Below are positions 25,260-37,719 of a DNA stretch of 64,000 nucleotides, piece after piece. This DNA comes from Octopus vulgaris (Eukaryota): NCBI GenBank assembly GCA_951406725.2, contig OX597817.1, forward strand, positions 170,066,001 to 170,130,000, written 5' to 3'. The notes under the pieces were generated by a model. The model had not been told where the DNA came from and searched no databases. It saw only the letters and a program-made list of their open reading frames with translations. Within the stretch, counting starts at the first letter, position 1. Every line of letters starts with the position of its first letter. Both the position numbers and the translations under genes were made by a program.

Positions 25260-25440
25260 TGAACTGAAAATCTCAGAGGTCACTTGACTTGTTAGAAACA
25301 GAAGCCAAATTTAAAGCAGAATGTATAGGACAATGTAATCTCTGGTATGCAAAAAGATGGGATGGTCTAAGTTGGAACATCTTTGATTAATGATCTGCTT
25401 GATTAAGACTGACAACAACTAATAGCTAAATAACAACAAC
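25260..25440 (+). mobile_element. Decayed interspersed repeat, family F (other pieces at 14895-15010, 15950-16130, 28730-29170 and 34850-34965)
   Basis: Shared motifs aaaagatgggatggtc...ctttgat...ctgacc(tggggc)taaacaacaac recur at these sites. Confidence 0.5.
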
Positions 25441-25559
25441 TAATAGCATTGCAATTTGGCTACAATGTTATATCACATTAGGAGACATACTGTTGGATAT
25501 GTGGTTTATAGTATTTAGTATTACCTCTGGCCTGTACACATGTCTGTGGCTTTTCAACA

Positions 25560-25900
25560 ATTATCACATCTACACAAAGCTGTTTGGAGCGAGCTGGCTT
25601 TTCTAATGTCACCCCAACCCAAGACAACTCAATTCCCCCATCTTTTTTCCTTTCATCTTTCATATTATATCTGATCCCTCCCAAGGCCTATATTAACCCC
25701 TATATCCAATCTTTCCTCCTTAGAAAGTCAACTTTCAGGATTTCTCACCTGGCTTATGATTTCCCTGCAGGAATTGACTTGCAGTTATTCTAGAATAATA
25801 TCAATCAAATTGGCTACAATTGTCTCAGAAGGCCCATGAAGGCCAAGGGTACAGCCCCTTTTCTCAGACCAATCCACTGAAAAAGATAAAAAAACTAGGA
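25560..25900 (+). mobile_element. Decayed CR1/L2 LINE 3' end
   Basis: ORF 25584-25793 ends YIQSFLLRKSTFRISHLAYDFPAGIDLQLF, resembling SFLPRTSxLWNxLPxxVFP, followed by an A-rich tail. Confidence 0.55.
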
Positions 25901-26205
25901 ACTTCATCTCTAAATAAAAGACAGTAACATTTTTCTTTATCTGCTTAATAAACTGCTTAAATGTGTAAATATATTGTGAATAAGCATTCTATAGATAAAG
26001 TTAATAGTAAAAATAACCATTTTAATAACATATTTCAGAACTTTAGAATTTTCCAAAAATATCTAAAATTATGTAAAGAATCAGCATGACATTATCTGTT
26101 TGGTGGTAGCAATAATAAACTAACAGACTGATTGTAGCAGTAGCCACTTCTTACTTGCAAAGTCATTTTCATGTCCTGACTGAAGAAACTATCTTATGGA
26201 AGAAA

Positions 26206-26778
26206 CAAGGTCTTTTGTTAGCCGCTCTCCAGCCATCTATTTAAAACTGTATACAGCTATGGTACGACCACACTTGGAATTCGCATCATCAGTTTGGAAC
26301 CCCTATCTTGCACAGAACATTGACCTCCTGGAATCTGTCCAGAGACGTGCAACCAAACGCATACCCTCCATCAGACACCTACCATATTCTGAGCGCCTTG
26401 TTTCCCTGGGCATGGATTCACTGAAGCTCCGGCATTTGGCGACGGACTTGGTAAACACCCACAAGGTTATCAACCACCTCACCAACAACAACACGGAACA
26501 CCTTTTTGATCTCCATGTGTCTAACACACGTGGACATGCCTACAAAGTCAGAAAACAATACAGCTCCCATGACTTTCGGAAACATTTTTTCACGCTCAGA
26601 GTTGCTGAAGCATGGAATAAACTGCCTGCGTCAGTTGTTGACTGCCATGACACTGCATCTTTTAAGGCCCTCATGCTTTCCGAAATCCGCCAAAACTACA
26701 CCTGATTATATATACACTTTAGATGAGTTGTAGTGCACCTGAGCACTGTACACAATTATTATTATTATTATTATTATT
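26206..26778 (+). mobile_element. Young 5'-truncated CR1-group LINE
   Basis: Open ORF2 C-terminus 26196-26705 (LYTAMVRPHLEFASSVWNPY...LESVQRRATK...FFTLRVAEAWNKLP), short UTR and (ATT)n tail. Confidence 0.95.
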
Positions 26779-27838
26779 AAATACAGTGACAATCAAGCTT
26801 GCGGAATATGTGTGTGACACAAATATCTCTGAAGACCCTGTATCACTGATGCAATAACAAGTTGTCAGTGTTCTATAATATTGTTATAAGCAGGAAATAT
26901 AAAATAAAGGATTGGTGGTTTCATTTCCCAGATGAATGATTCTTGAATTAAAATTTGATCTTATTATTCTAAGATTCCTGGGATATTGTTTGTTTACGGC
27001 TGATAATGGATGCTTTCTTCAAACCATTTGTATTTCGAGTCTTATTTTTGAGATATTTTGTTCCATTGTGGAACCTTGCTTTCAAAGATCTATAAATAGA
27101 GAACTTATATTGTAAATTCCCAGATTGCTTTAAGGGAGATAGATTCTGTTACTGACTAATTTCTTCTTGCGAATTCGATTGCAGCTTCCTTCTGTTTCTT
27201 TCTCTCTATTCTACTTGCATGTTTGTGTGTGTATGTGTACATACATAAATACATATATGCATACATTACACAAAAAAAAACACATACATTATACACAGAC
27301 AAACACACGTGTGTGTGTGTGCACGAGTGCACATGTACACACTCATACATGGAATGTACCATTTTTGCTTTAACTGCTTTCAGTTTTATCTCCATTAACT
27401 ACAATTTCATTGTAATTCAGTTGAAATAGAAACACTTTATTTACTCTGCTAGGAATCCATATTATGAAATGTAAGTGAATTAATATTATGTATTACAGAG
27501 AAAATATTACATATTACTGATTAGATATTGCAGGATAGAGAGAAGATATTAAATGTTACATGAAGATATCAAATATTACATATATGGATTGGATTACGTA
27601 TCACACAAGACATAGTATATATGACCAGAAAGATACAAGCAAGTGGATGGATATTCTTTCATTCATTTAGCTGAGGTGGGACAGAGCTCATAGTTTTTTT
27701 TTTTCAGGCCCCCAGAGATTCGTTGGAAGTAAAGGGCCGTGAAAAATATTGATATCTTTAATATTTGACGTAAACTGTTCCGGGTTGATAGTTAAAAGAA
27801 AAACATCAGTATGGAAGGATTTCCTTAGAAAGAATAGC

Positions 27839-28065
27839 TTAACTCTTTAGCATTCAAACTAACTGTATTAGGCCCAAATATTCTTCTCATTTTATGTTTA
27901 AACTGGCCAGGTCTAGCCTCTCATATCTACCCTACAATATCATTCTAAGAATAAACAGCCACATCATCAAAATCTTGAAGCTATGAGATATACAAGATCA
28001 ATGCAAAACAATATAAATAGATAAGCATTGCATTTGACAGAGGAATCTGAATGCTAAAGGGTTAA
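27839..28065. mobile_element. piggyBac-type MITE
   Basis: TTAA at both ends; TIRs ctctttagcattca / tgaatgctaaaggg. Confidence 0.85.
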
Positions 28066-28160
28066 TATAGGAAAGGATCAGTGGAGAGGTGAGATAGTGA
28101 GGGTCACTAGAAACGGATTATAAATACATTTGAATAGATATAGTTGAAATTTATATAGAA

Positions 28161-28524
28161 CTAGCACTATGACCTGGCGTTGCTGGGTCATAATGCTAGT
28201 GCATGCATATACAGCTGCATGCGTGCGCACATACATGCGAGTACTGTCCAAATCTCCGACCAATCACATACAGCTAGCTGGCATTCAATTGGTGTATCAA
28301 GTTTTGGGCATTTTGATTGGGTTTTGGATAGAAAATTCACAAAAAAGTCACTTATATTGATTTTTTAATGGCTTTGTGGGGTGACTGTGGAAATGTAAAG
28401 ATGTGCACGACCACCCTTGGACGGTTTTGAATGACCATAGAAAGTGTGAGCCCTCTAACTGAAAAATTGTGGATTTGTATAAAGGACATGCACGCAGACA
28501 TTTTGCCGTTTATATATAGAGTGA
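28161..28524 (-). mobile_element. Non-autonomous Helitron, family H2
   Basis: Minus strand starts A|TCactctatatataaacggcaaaa and ends in a hairpin plus CTAG|T. Confidence 0.85.
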
Positions 28525-28791
28525 TTATCAAACAAAAATGAGTAGTGACAGTGATAGTCATCATAATAGAGACACTGACTGTGGTTAAAGAGTACTCTAA
28601 GATGAACTCCCTAATTAACCATAAATCATTTTCTACATGCAGTTGATATACATACAGTGATACACACTTCTAGATTTATGAACAGTAACCTAGTGTAGAA
28701 CATGAACCACAAAATAAGCCATTATTCATTCAGACAAACAGCCAGAAATAGCACCCAAATCTCCCTCAAACCAGTCTATTACCTTAAAAAA

Positions 28792-29022
28792 GGCGGCGAG
28801 CTGGCAGAAACGTTAGCACGCCGGGCGAAAAGCGTAGTCGTAATTCGTCTGTTGTTACGTTCCGAGTTCAAATTCCGCTGAAGTCAACTTTGCCTTTCAT
28901 CCTTTCGGGGTCGATAAATTAAGTACCAGTTACGCACTGGGGTCAATATAATCGACTTAATCCGTTTGACTGTCCTTGTTTGTCCCCTCTGTGTTTAGCC
29001 CATTGTGGGTAGTAAAGAAATA
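28792..29022 (+). mobile_element. SINE family B inserted in a family F repeat
   Basis: TSD tattaccttaaaaa at 28777-28790 and 29023-29036. Confidence 0.92.
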
Positions 29023-29541
29023 TATTACCTTAAAAAAGGGAACTACACATTAGAAAATGTAGACCTAAAAACATTAAGTTTAAAAAAGATCTAAGACATT
29101 GATAGTTGAGATGGGAATACTTTTGATCATAAGTTTATTTGATCTGAAATGACATAGGAATAAACACCTTGAGACTCGTATATAGAGTCAGCAGTTGTTA
29201 AGGCCTAAGTATTTTCTAGCTCTGGAAAGGAAACTTGGCCTATAATATGTAAATGTGAGGTCATCATTTTGTTGTAAAAGATTGGTATCACAAATATTTT
29301 TTTTTTTTTATGACAAACAAAAGTGATGTATTACAGATTTTTCTCTTGTAACAACTAGTTTCTGCATTTTAATATTGAATGAAACTATCATATCAAGTCC
29401 TCCTTGCAAGATGTTGTTTCGAAGAGCAAGCATACCAAATCGAGGCTATACATAAACAGAGCTTGTATACATAAAAGTAAGGAATAACATGAATGTCATT
29501 CATTATAATAGTGTCTCAAGTTAGAGGTTAGCTTGAGTAGA

Positions 29542-29577
29542 TCTCTCTCTATATAAACGGCAGTTTGTCTGTGCGTG
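29542..29577 (+). mobile_element. Isolated Helitron 5' terminus
   Basis: A|tctctctctatataaacggcagtttgtctgt is identical to the first 31 nt of the Helitron at 32875. Confidence 0.85.
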
Positions 29578-29669
29578 ATTGGTCTCTTTTGCCGAACCGC
29601 TAAGTAACGGGGACATAAGCACACCAGCATCGCTTGTCAAGCAATGCTAGGGGGACAAATACAGACACG

Positions 29670-29717
<48 letters not shown>

Positions 29718-29765
29718 TATATACGACGGGCTTCTTTCAGTTTCCGTCTACCAAATCCACTCACA
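29578..29765 (-). mobile_element. Partial SINE family A, an inverted copy of 30095-30276
   Basis: Lacks head and tail; identical to the neighbouring copy over about 95 nt, including private variants. Confidence 0.92.
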
Positions 29766-29769
29766 TATA

Positions 29770-30148
29770 TTGAAATATAGAGGAGTGTGTAAGAGAATTC
29801 AGAAGAAGTAACAGAATGCAAGATTGCAATTATGAAGGGTTGACAGCTGAATGATCATATGTATTCTCTGAGTAGAATACATAGAAGTTGTATGTCTGAA
29901 TAATTCCTCCTGGATGCTGGATGCTATGCTTTTGTCTGAACAAATACAACCAGTAAAGTATTTATCAATTGTAGGCGCAGGAGTGGCTGTGTGGTAAGTA
30001 GCTTGTTTACCAACCACATGGTTCCGGGTTCAGTCCCACTGCGTGGCACCTTGGGCAAGTGTCTTCCACTATAGCCTCGGGCCGACCAAAGCCTTGTGAG
30101 TGGATTTGGTAGACGGAAACTGAAAGAAGCCCATCGTATATATGTGTG

Positions 30149-30184
<36 letters not shown>

Positions 30185-30590
30185 CGTGTCTGTATTTGTC
30201 CCCCTAGCATTGCTTGACAAGCGATGCTGGTGTGCTTATGTCCCCGTTACTTAGCGGTTCGGCAAAAGAGACCAATAAAATAAGTACTTGGCTTACAAAA
30301 GAATAAGTCCCGGGGTCGAGTTGCTCGATTAAAGGCGGTGCTCCAGCATGGCCGCAGTCAAATGACTGAAACAAGTAAAAGAGAATAAAAGAGAGTAACA
30401 CATTTAGTGGAGTGTAGAATGTGAAGTGACAAATCCAGGAAGCTAGTTCTAAGTATACTCAGCCAGAGAATGAACTGGAACCGCAAATGAAAGAGTTTGG
30501 TAAAGAAATCTGCCGTTGCTGGACTAGTTACGTTGTTATTTGTGAAGTCATAAAGTTTTTGCACATGCCTGAAATATTCCACATGAATGA
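29770..30590 (-). mobile_element. Heavily decayed Penelope-like RT fragment, interrupted by SINE A
   Basis: Minus-strand ORF 30358-30597 contains FHLRFQF...TSFLDLSLHI, resembling the FHPxLxFT...SFLDISV motif of Penelope RTs. Confidence 0.35.
29974..30395 (+). mobile_element. SINE family A, full length
   Basis: Same structure as 8042-8461. Confidence 0.93.
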
Positions 30591-30601
30591 TATTCATATA
30601 G

Positions 30602-30982
30602 GAGCACTCCGTTGGTTACGACGATGAGGGTCCCAGCTGATACGATCAACGGAACAGCTTGCTCGTGGAATTAACATGCAAGTGGCTGAGCACTCCACAG
30701 ACATGTGTACCCTTAACGTAGTTCTCGAGGAGATTCAGCGTGACACAGAGTGTGACAAGGCTGGCCCTTTGAAATACAGGTACAACAGAAACAGGAAGAA
30801 AGAGTGAGAGAAAGTTGTGGTGAAAGAGTAGAGCAGGGTTCACCACCACCCCCTGCAGGAGCCTCGTGAAGCTTTAGGTGTTTTCGCTCAATAAACACTC
30901 ACAATGCCTGGTCTGGAAATCGAAACCGCGATCCTACGACCGCGAGTCCGCTGCCCTAACCACTGGGCCATTGCGCCTCCAC
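30602..30982 (-). mobile_element. SINE family C
   Basis: 11-bp TSD atgatattcat at 30587-30597 and 30983-30993. Confidence 0.92.
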
Positions 30983-31346
30983 ATGATATTCATGTAATCA
31001 TAAACAATGATATATTCAGTAACTATTAATGCAGAATTTTTAAAAAAATAATAATTCACTACAGGCAGTCCTTGTCACATGATATTAGAGACATTTACTA
31101 ACAAACTGTTGGTTTACATTGTTTCAGTTGTCAACTTTAATGAACTCTGGATTTGATCTCTATCCAAAGTTGTCTTTAAGTATGGGGACAGAGGTCCTGC
31201 AGGATTAGAAGCCAATGCTTAATCTATGTATACTGTGGTCTGTAGTTTGCTTCCAAAAAATAAATGTCGAGTCCCCAGTGCATGGCTTTGCACAGGGGTC
31301 CATAGGGCTGTTGAAACAGCCTTGCTTCTACCCTCACTAAACCTTT

Positions 31347-31387
<41 letters not shown>

Positions 31388-31611
31388 GTTTGTATGTATG
31401 TATGTGTGTGTGTGTGTGCGTGTGTATGTATGTATGTATGTATCACCCTGCTTATGTCCCATACCTAAGAAAGAATAATACTGTCATTCTGCATCATTTG
31501 CTCTCACTTTCAACATTTCTAAAGGATATTTTTTATTTTTTTTATTTAATTTTATTTAATCTAGTTTCAGCTCACGAGCTGTGGCCATGCTGGGGCACCG
31601 CCATAATGATG

Positions 31612-31649
<38 letters not shown>

Positions 31650-31818
31650 CCTTTCTACTATAGGGACAAGGCCTGAAATTTTGGGGGAGGGGACTAGTCA
31701 GCTTTATCGACCCCAGTGTTTTCACTGGTATTTAATTTATCGACCCTGAAAGGATGAAAGGCAAAGTTGACCTCGGTGGAATTTGAACTCAGAACGTGGC
31801 GACAGATGAAATACCGCT
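31650..31818 (-). mobile_element. SINE family B, 3' unit, with (ATT)n tail
   Basis: cctttctactataggg...gaccctgaaaggatgaaaggcaaagttgacctcgg. Confidence 0.85.
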
Positions 31819-32874
31819 AGATTATAAACATCCTTCATCACTTTAAAATCTTCTTCCCTTCTCAGTAGTCACCTCACCACTATGGTTTCAACAGAGCTAG
31901 GTCCACTGGAGACTTTATCTGATGCATTACACATTAGTGGCCTGCTCTTGAAATCTGCTCTTGAAATCCTGCTCTTGAAATCTTGAAATTTGTAAAATTC
32001 ATTTTGTTGTTGTTTTTTTTTAACATTAACAAATATTTCAACATTTTCTAGAATGAGAAATTTTTAGTAGAGTTATATATTTATGACCTCTACCCTTCCA
32101 GGTCAGAAGTCCTTATTCAGATCACTTCATGTTGCTTGGGCACTGTCCAATACATGATTGATTCCAGTATAGCTTAGGGGTCACTTACCTCACTTTCATC
32201 TCTGCATTGCTTAATACACAACACTTCTCATGCACTTAGACCTCATTCTAGGCAAGAGAGACATTAAAAGAACTTTATAAAGTGACATTGTAACCTTGTA
32301 TCCAAAAATGTACCCCCGCCCACACACACACACATACACACTACAAACCACCTATTTCTCAATAAATATTAGCCTTTGCAACTGCGGATGACCTTTCATA
32401 GTGACCACACATAATATCTATAACAGTTTAAATTGCATCTCAAACACTAGATTTTCTTTTCACAGTTCTCAAAAAGTATTTCATACCCTAACAGCTGTTT
32501 GCCATACATAAGCACAAACTTCCATTCTATATCACATCTATGAAGGTGTTCCCAAGCATATACTCATATTTCCTAAAACAGTCATCTATTTGACAAACAA
32601 ATTTTTAATTACCAACACACTATAGCCACATCCCACCACCCACTGCTTCTTTTATCACAAATGCAATGATTTCTACTGATTTCTACTCTATAAAATTTGT
32701 TGATTCTATCTCACCTCCATGAAAATCTGGTTTTACTTACCCATATCTCTTTACTGTGTTAAACATTCTAGACCATGATCTAGATATTTTGCTCAATACT
32801 TCTTTCTTGAAAGGCGATCTCACTTGAAATCCCTCTCTGCTTGTGTTTTATGTCCATAGCCATCGATTGTCTAA

Positions 32875-33274
32875 TCTCTCTCTATATAAACGGCAGTTTG
32901 TCTGTCTGTGTGGCTGTCAGGTTGTACCCTCACCCTGACCATAGCTTTCAACTGATTCTGATGAAACTTGACATACACATAGCCCAATGTCATAATTCAA
33001 AACTAACGCATCGAAAATTTTGAAAAGTTCCCCGAATTCTGAAAAAGATCGATAAATTCGACATGGGGTCGAGAATCTAAGCTTTTTATATGCAACACAT
33101 TTTCTATCGGGAGACAGTTAGGAACATCATATACATAGAAGTATTCGAGTGAAGAGAAGACATTGCAACCTACACATGCGCCTTTGTTCCCTAGAGGGAA
33201 AGAACTAGATTGGGATTAGTCGTTGCCTACTAGGGGCTCTTACATACCCGGGCAATGCCGGGCTATGCTGCTAG
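32875..33274 (+). mobile_element. Complete non-autonomous Helitron, family H3
   Basis: Inserted between A and T with no TSD; 5' TC; subterminal hairpin cccgggcaatgccggg (33247-33262); 3' CTAG. Confidence 0.9.
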
Positions 33275-33765
33275 TGTATAAATAAAACCTTCATTAACCT
33301 ACATCCCAGTTACAAAGGGCCTGCAAAGACTATAGGTTCTTCAAATATAACTGTCCAGACTGACAGATGCTATAACCCATCAGTTTATATATTCTGTATA
33401 TATATTGTATACAACTGTGTACAGGGGAGATATACAGATTCAGCTCTGGTCACTCAGATTATAACCTTATTTTTAATTCACTTCTTTACAATGGGTGTTG
33501 AAAGTGTTTTCTGCTCACCACAGTCAGTGTGAGTACATCACATTTGTCACCTTACAAGTGTATATCTGGTTTGTTAACCCACAATAGTACATCAGATCCC
33601 AATCATCTCAATAGGAGTACTTCAGGTCTCAGTCACTTTATAAGAGTACATCAAGTCAATGAGGGAGCCTTTATGTAGTCATGTAACCTGTGAGAAATTA
33701 CATCCTGTTTCTCTAAAATCACACTAATTTCTTAAAAACAGACGTACATGTCACATAACATAATT

Positions 33766-34172
33766 CATCATCATCATCATCGTGTAACATCCGCTTTCCA
33801 TGCTAGCATGGGTTGGATGATTTGACTGAGGACTGGCGAACCAGATGGCTGCACCAGGCTCCAATCTGATCTGGTAGAGTTTCTACAGCTTGATGCCCTT
33901 CCTAACGCCAACCATTCCAAGAGTGCAGTGGGTGCTTCTATGTGCCACCGGCATGAGGGCCAGTCAGGCGGTACTGGCAACGGCCTCGCTCAAATGGTGC
34001 TTTTTTTATGTGCCACCTGCACAGGAGCCAGTCCAGTGGCACTGGCAATGACCTCGTTCGAATGTTTTTTCACATGCCACCTGCACAAGTGCCAGTAACG
34101 CGACGCTGGTAACGATCACGCTCGAATGGTGCTTTTTATGTGCCACTGACATGGAAGCCAGTCAGCTGCTCT
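33766..34172 (-). mobile_element. RTE-type 3' UTR fragment
   Basis: Reverse complement of about 13800-14207, with (cat)n tail. Confidence 0.9.
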
Positions 34173-34440
34173 GGATGAGATGAATAAGTTGTAGATGAAT
34201 AAGATAGAAATGCATAGATCTGCTGGATCAGGTCAGAGATGGGAATAATCAACAACATATGGGCTCAGTTAACCCACAGGATTACAACAAAATTCGATCA
34301 TGTCAAGGAGACCTACATCAGATTTCAATCATCTTATGAGAATAAATCAGAATAAAGGAAAGCCTCCAGATAGTCATTCAACTAATTAAAAATAGTAGAT
34401 CATACCTTGCCCTCTTAAAAAAAAATGAAAGAAATATATT

Positions 34441-34842
34441 ACTCTCTTTTACTTGTTTCAGTCATTTGACTGTGGCCATGCTGGAGCACCGCCTTTTAGT
34501 CGAGGAAATCGACCCCAGGACTTATTCTTTGTAAGCCCAGTACTTATTCTATCGATCTCTTTTGCCAAACCACTAAGTGACGGGGACATAAACACACCAG
34601 CATCAGTTGTCAAGTGATGTTGGCGGTGGGACAAACACAGACACACAAACACACGCACATGTATATACATATACATACACACGACAGGCTTCTTTCAGTT
34701 TCTGTCTACTAAAAACATTCACAAGGCTTTAGTCGGCCCGAGGCTATAGTAGAAGACACTTGCCCAAGGTGCCACGCAGTAGGATTGAACCCAGAACCAT
34801 GTGGTTGGTAAGCAAGCTACTTACCACACAGCCACTCCTGCA
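34441..34842 (-). mobile_element. SINE family A
   Basis: Full-length reverse copy. Confidence 0.92.
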
Positions 34843-35103
34843 CATATTAGATATTAGATAACATAATTTTAGATGTACCATTTGAAATAAAGATGGAAAG
34901 ATCATGATTGGTTGCTTTTGAACATAAATCTCCTGGTTCAGAGCCCACCTGGGGCTAAACAACAACTATGATATCAAGTTTCAGTTACCATCATGCCTCA
35001 ATCTCCACTTCTCACTCTCTTACATTTCTATACATATGATCTCCTACAACTGCCTCTTCATTTTCTACATCCAAAAACTTTAACATACCATAACTAGAAC
35101 TAT

Positions 35104-35638
35104 AAAACTGTATACAGCTATGGTACAACCACACTTGGAATTCGCATCATCAGTTTGGAACCCCTATCTTGCTCAGAACATTGACCTCCTGGAATCTGTC
35201 CAGAGACGTGCAACCAAACGCATACCCTCCATCAGACACCTACCATATTCTGAGCGCCTTGTTTCCCTGGGCATGGATTCACTGAAGCTCCGGCGTCTGG
35301 CGACGGACTTAGTAAACACCCACAAAGTTATCAACCACCTCACCAACAACAACACTGAACACCTTTTTGATCTCCATGTGTCTAACACACGTGGACATGC
35401 CTACAAAGTCAGAAAACCAACACAGCTCCCATGACCTTTCGGAAACATTTTTTCACGCTCAGAGTTGCTGAAGCATGGAATAAACTGCCTGCGTCAGTTG
35501 TTGACTGCCATGACACTGCATCCTTTAAGGCCCTCATGCTTTCCGAAACCGCCGAAACTACACCTGATTATATATACACTTTAGGTGAGTTGTAGTGCAC
35601 CTGAGCACTGTACACAATTATTATTATTATTATTATTA
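35104..35638 (+). mobile_element. Young 5'-truncated CR1-group LINE, same family as 26206
   Basis: ORF 35120-35434 is near-identical to the 26206 copy, with a +1 frameshift near 35418 and an (ATT)n tail. Confidence 0.95.
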
Positions 35639-36189
35639 TAGAAACTTATTAAACAAAACAGTTATATCAGAAAAAGACTGACCACAGACATTTTTTTTTT
35701 TTGGTCTGGACATTGTAATAACTATAATGACCTCTAAAAGGTTATAATATTTTTTTATAAGAAATTGTCTTGTTATATATTGATCATAAACAGCTGTAGT
35801 ATCTACACTGACCAAAAATTGATCAAAACTTCTATCTAGGGCAACTAGAAATTGGCCATAGCAACTTATAGTACTTAGAGAAACCAGAAAAAAATTGACC
35901 ACTTTGTATTCCGAGTGATTAGAAGCTGACCATAAACAGCTGTAGTATTGAGATTGACCAGATATTAACTTAATTTTTCTGACAAAGTTAACCAGTTCTA
36001 CAGAAATACACTATGTCAGGCTGCGGCTGTATAATTGACAATCGTAATGGTTTTAAGTTATATGAAATATATACTCAGGATCAGCTAACAACCTTTCCAT
36101 ACTGTGATGTGACACAAGGAGCCAAATCAACAATTACTGCTGAGTGAAAACTGTTATCTTCCACCCACATATATTTACAATAATATACA

Positions 36190-36212
36190 AAGAAAAAGAA
36201 AGAAAGAAAGGA

Positions 36213-36253
<41 letters not shown>

Positions 36254-36495
36254 ACGAGAAAGAGAAAGAACGAGAAAGAGAAAGAGAGAAGGAATGAAAG
36301 AAAGAATGAAAGAAAGAGAGAATGAAAGAAAGAGAGAAAGAAAGAAAGAAAGAGAGAGAAAGAAAGAAAGACAGAAAGAAAGAAAGAAAGACAGAGAAAG
36401 AAAGAAAGACAGAAAGAAAGGGAGAGAGAAAGAGAGAAGGAATGAAAGAAAGAAAGAAAGAGAGAAAGAAAGGGAGAATGAGAAAGAGAGAATGA

Positions 36496-36527
<32 letters not shown>

Positions 36528-36660
36528 GAGAATGAAAAAAGAAAGAGAGAATGAAAGAAAGAAAGAAAGAAAGAAAGAAAGAGAGGGAAAGAGAGAAAGA
36601 AACGGAGAAAGAAAGAAAGAAAGAAAGAGAGAATGAAACTGATAGACAGACAGACAGAAG
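36190..36660. repeat. (GAAA/GA)n purine tract of about 470 bp
   Basis: Visible directly. Confidence 0.95.
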
Positions 36661-37179
36661 TAATGATGGCAATATTTGACAGAGGTGAAATGTGTTCAGT
36701 GACGCAAGTACAAAACATCACTGAGATAGGATTCAATAGAAGTGTTGATTAAATGTAATTTTACTGTATATTTGAAAGAAGAATATTTCAGTGTTCGCTG
36801 GAACATCAATAACATTTTTTTGTTTATTCTTTTTACACAACATAAATGTATATAATGCAATCTGTTATCTGCATTTCTCTCTAGGTAAATATATTGTATG
36901 AAATTTATTGTTTTTCAAATCAAGATGTTATAAATTAACATAGGAATGGTCTGATCAATAGGTTAATGCAGTCAGGAAAGGTGAATAACTATTTCTTATG
37001 AAAGCTAGTAACATAGTTTCTCTGCCAAAATTGTAGAAAAAGCAATATATACAGTCCAATTCAAAATAGTATGAGACAAACAGATATAAAAACAGTTTAG
37101 CAATAATAATGATAATAATAATAATAATGATAATAATAATAATAATGATAATAATAATAATAATGATAATAATAATAAT

Positions 37180-37574
37180 CCTTTCAATTATAGGCACATG
37201 GCCTGAAATTTGGGGAGGGGGATAGTCAAATACATCAACCCCAGTATTCAACTGGTACTTAATTTATCAACCCCCAAAGGATGAAATGTGAAGTCGACCT
37301 TGGTAGAATTAGAACTCCAAACGTAATGACAGATGAAATACCTATTTTTTTATTACCCACAAGGGGCTAAACACAGAGGGGACAAACAAGGACAAACAAA
37401 CGGATTAAGTCGATTATATTGACCCCAGTGCGTAACTAGTACTTATTTTAATCGACCCCGACAGGATGAAAGGCAAAGTCGACCTCGGCGAAATTTGAAC
37501 TCAGAACGTAGCGGCAGATGAAATACCGCTAAGCATTTCGCCCGGCGTACTAACAATTCTGCCAGTTCATTGCC
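37180..37574 (-). mobile_element. Dimeric SINE family B
   Basis: Two B-box/core units (37260-37343 and 37440-37574); (AAT/GAT)n tail at 37102-37179. Confidence 0.85.
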
Positions 37575-37586
37575 TTCCTCCTACTA

Positions 37587-37634
<48 letters not shown>

Positions 37635-37719
37635 ATAATAATAATAATAATAATAATATTAATAATAATGATAATGATGATGATGGACTCTCTTAATAAA
37701 GACGACATATGAATGTTCA

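Noticed and set aside
25478-25684. Minus-strand ORF with an AG|GTAAT donor as a possible exon
   Set aside because: It overlaps the antisense of a decayed CR1/L2 3' end.
26180-26212. Hammerhead-like CTGAAGA...GAAAC.aag.GTC at the CR1 5' junction
   Set aside because: There is no stem I and only a poor stem II, and the GTC belongs to the LINE ORF; probably chance.
32741-32836. Minus-strand open frame GFQVRSPFKKEVLSKISRSWSRMFNTVKRYG with a GTAAGT donor
   Set aside because: The acceptor is poor and the surrounding region looks like decayed retroelement sequence.
36134-36736. K/E/R-rich and F/L/S-rich ORFs resembling coiled-coil or membrane proteins
   Set aside because: They are translations of the (GAAA)n tract.
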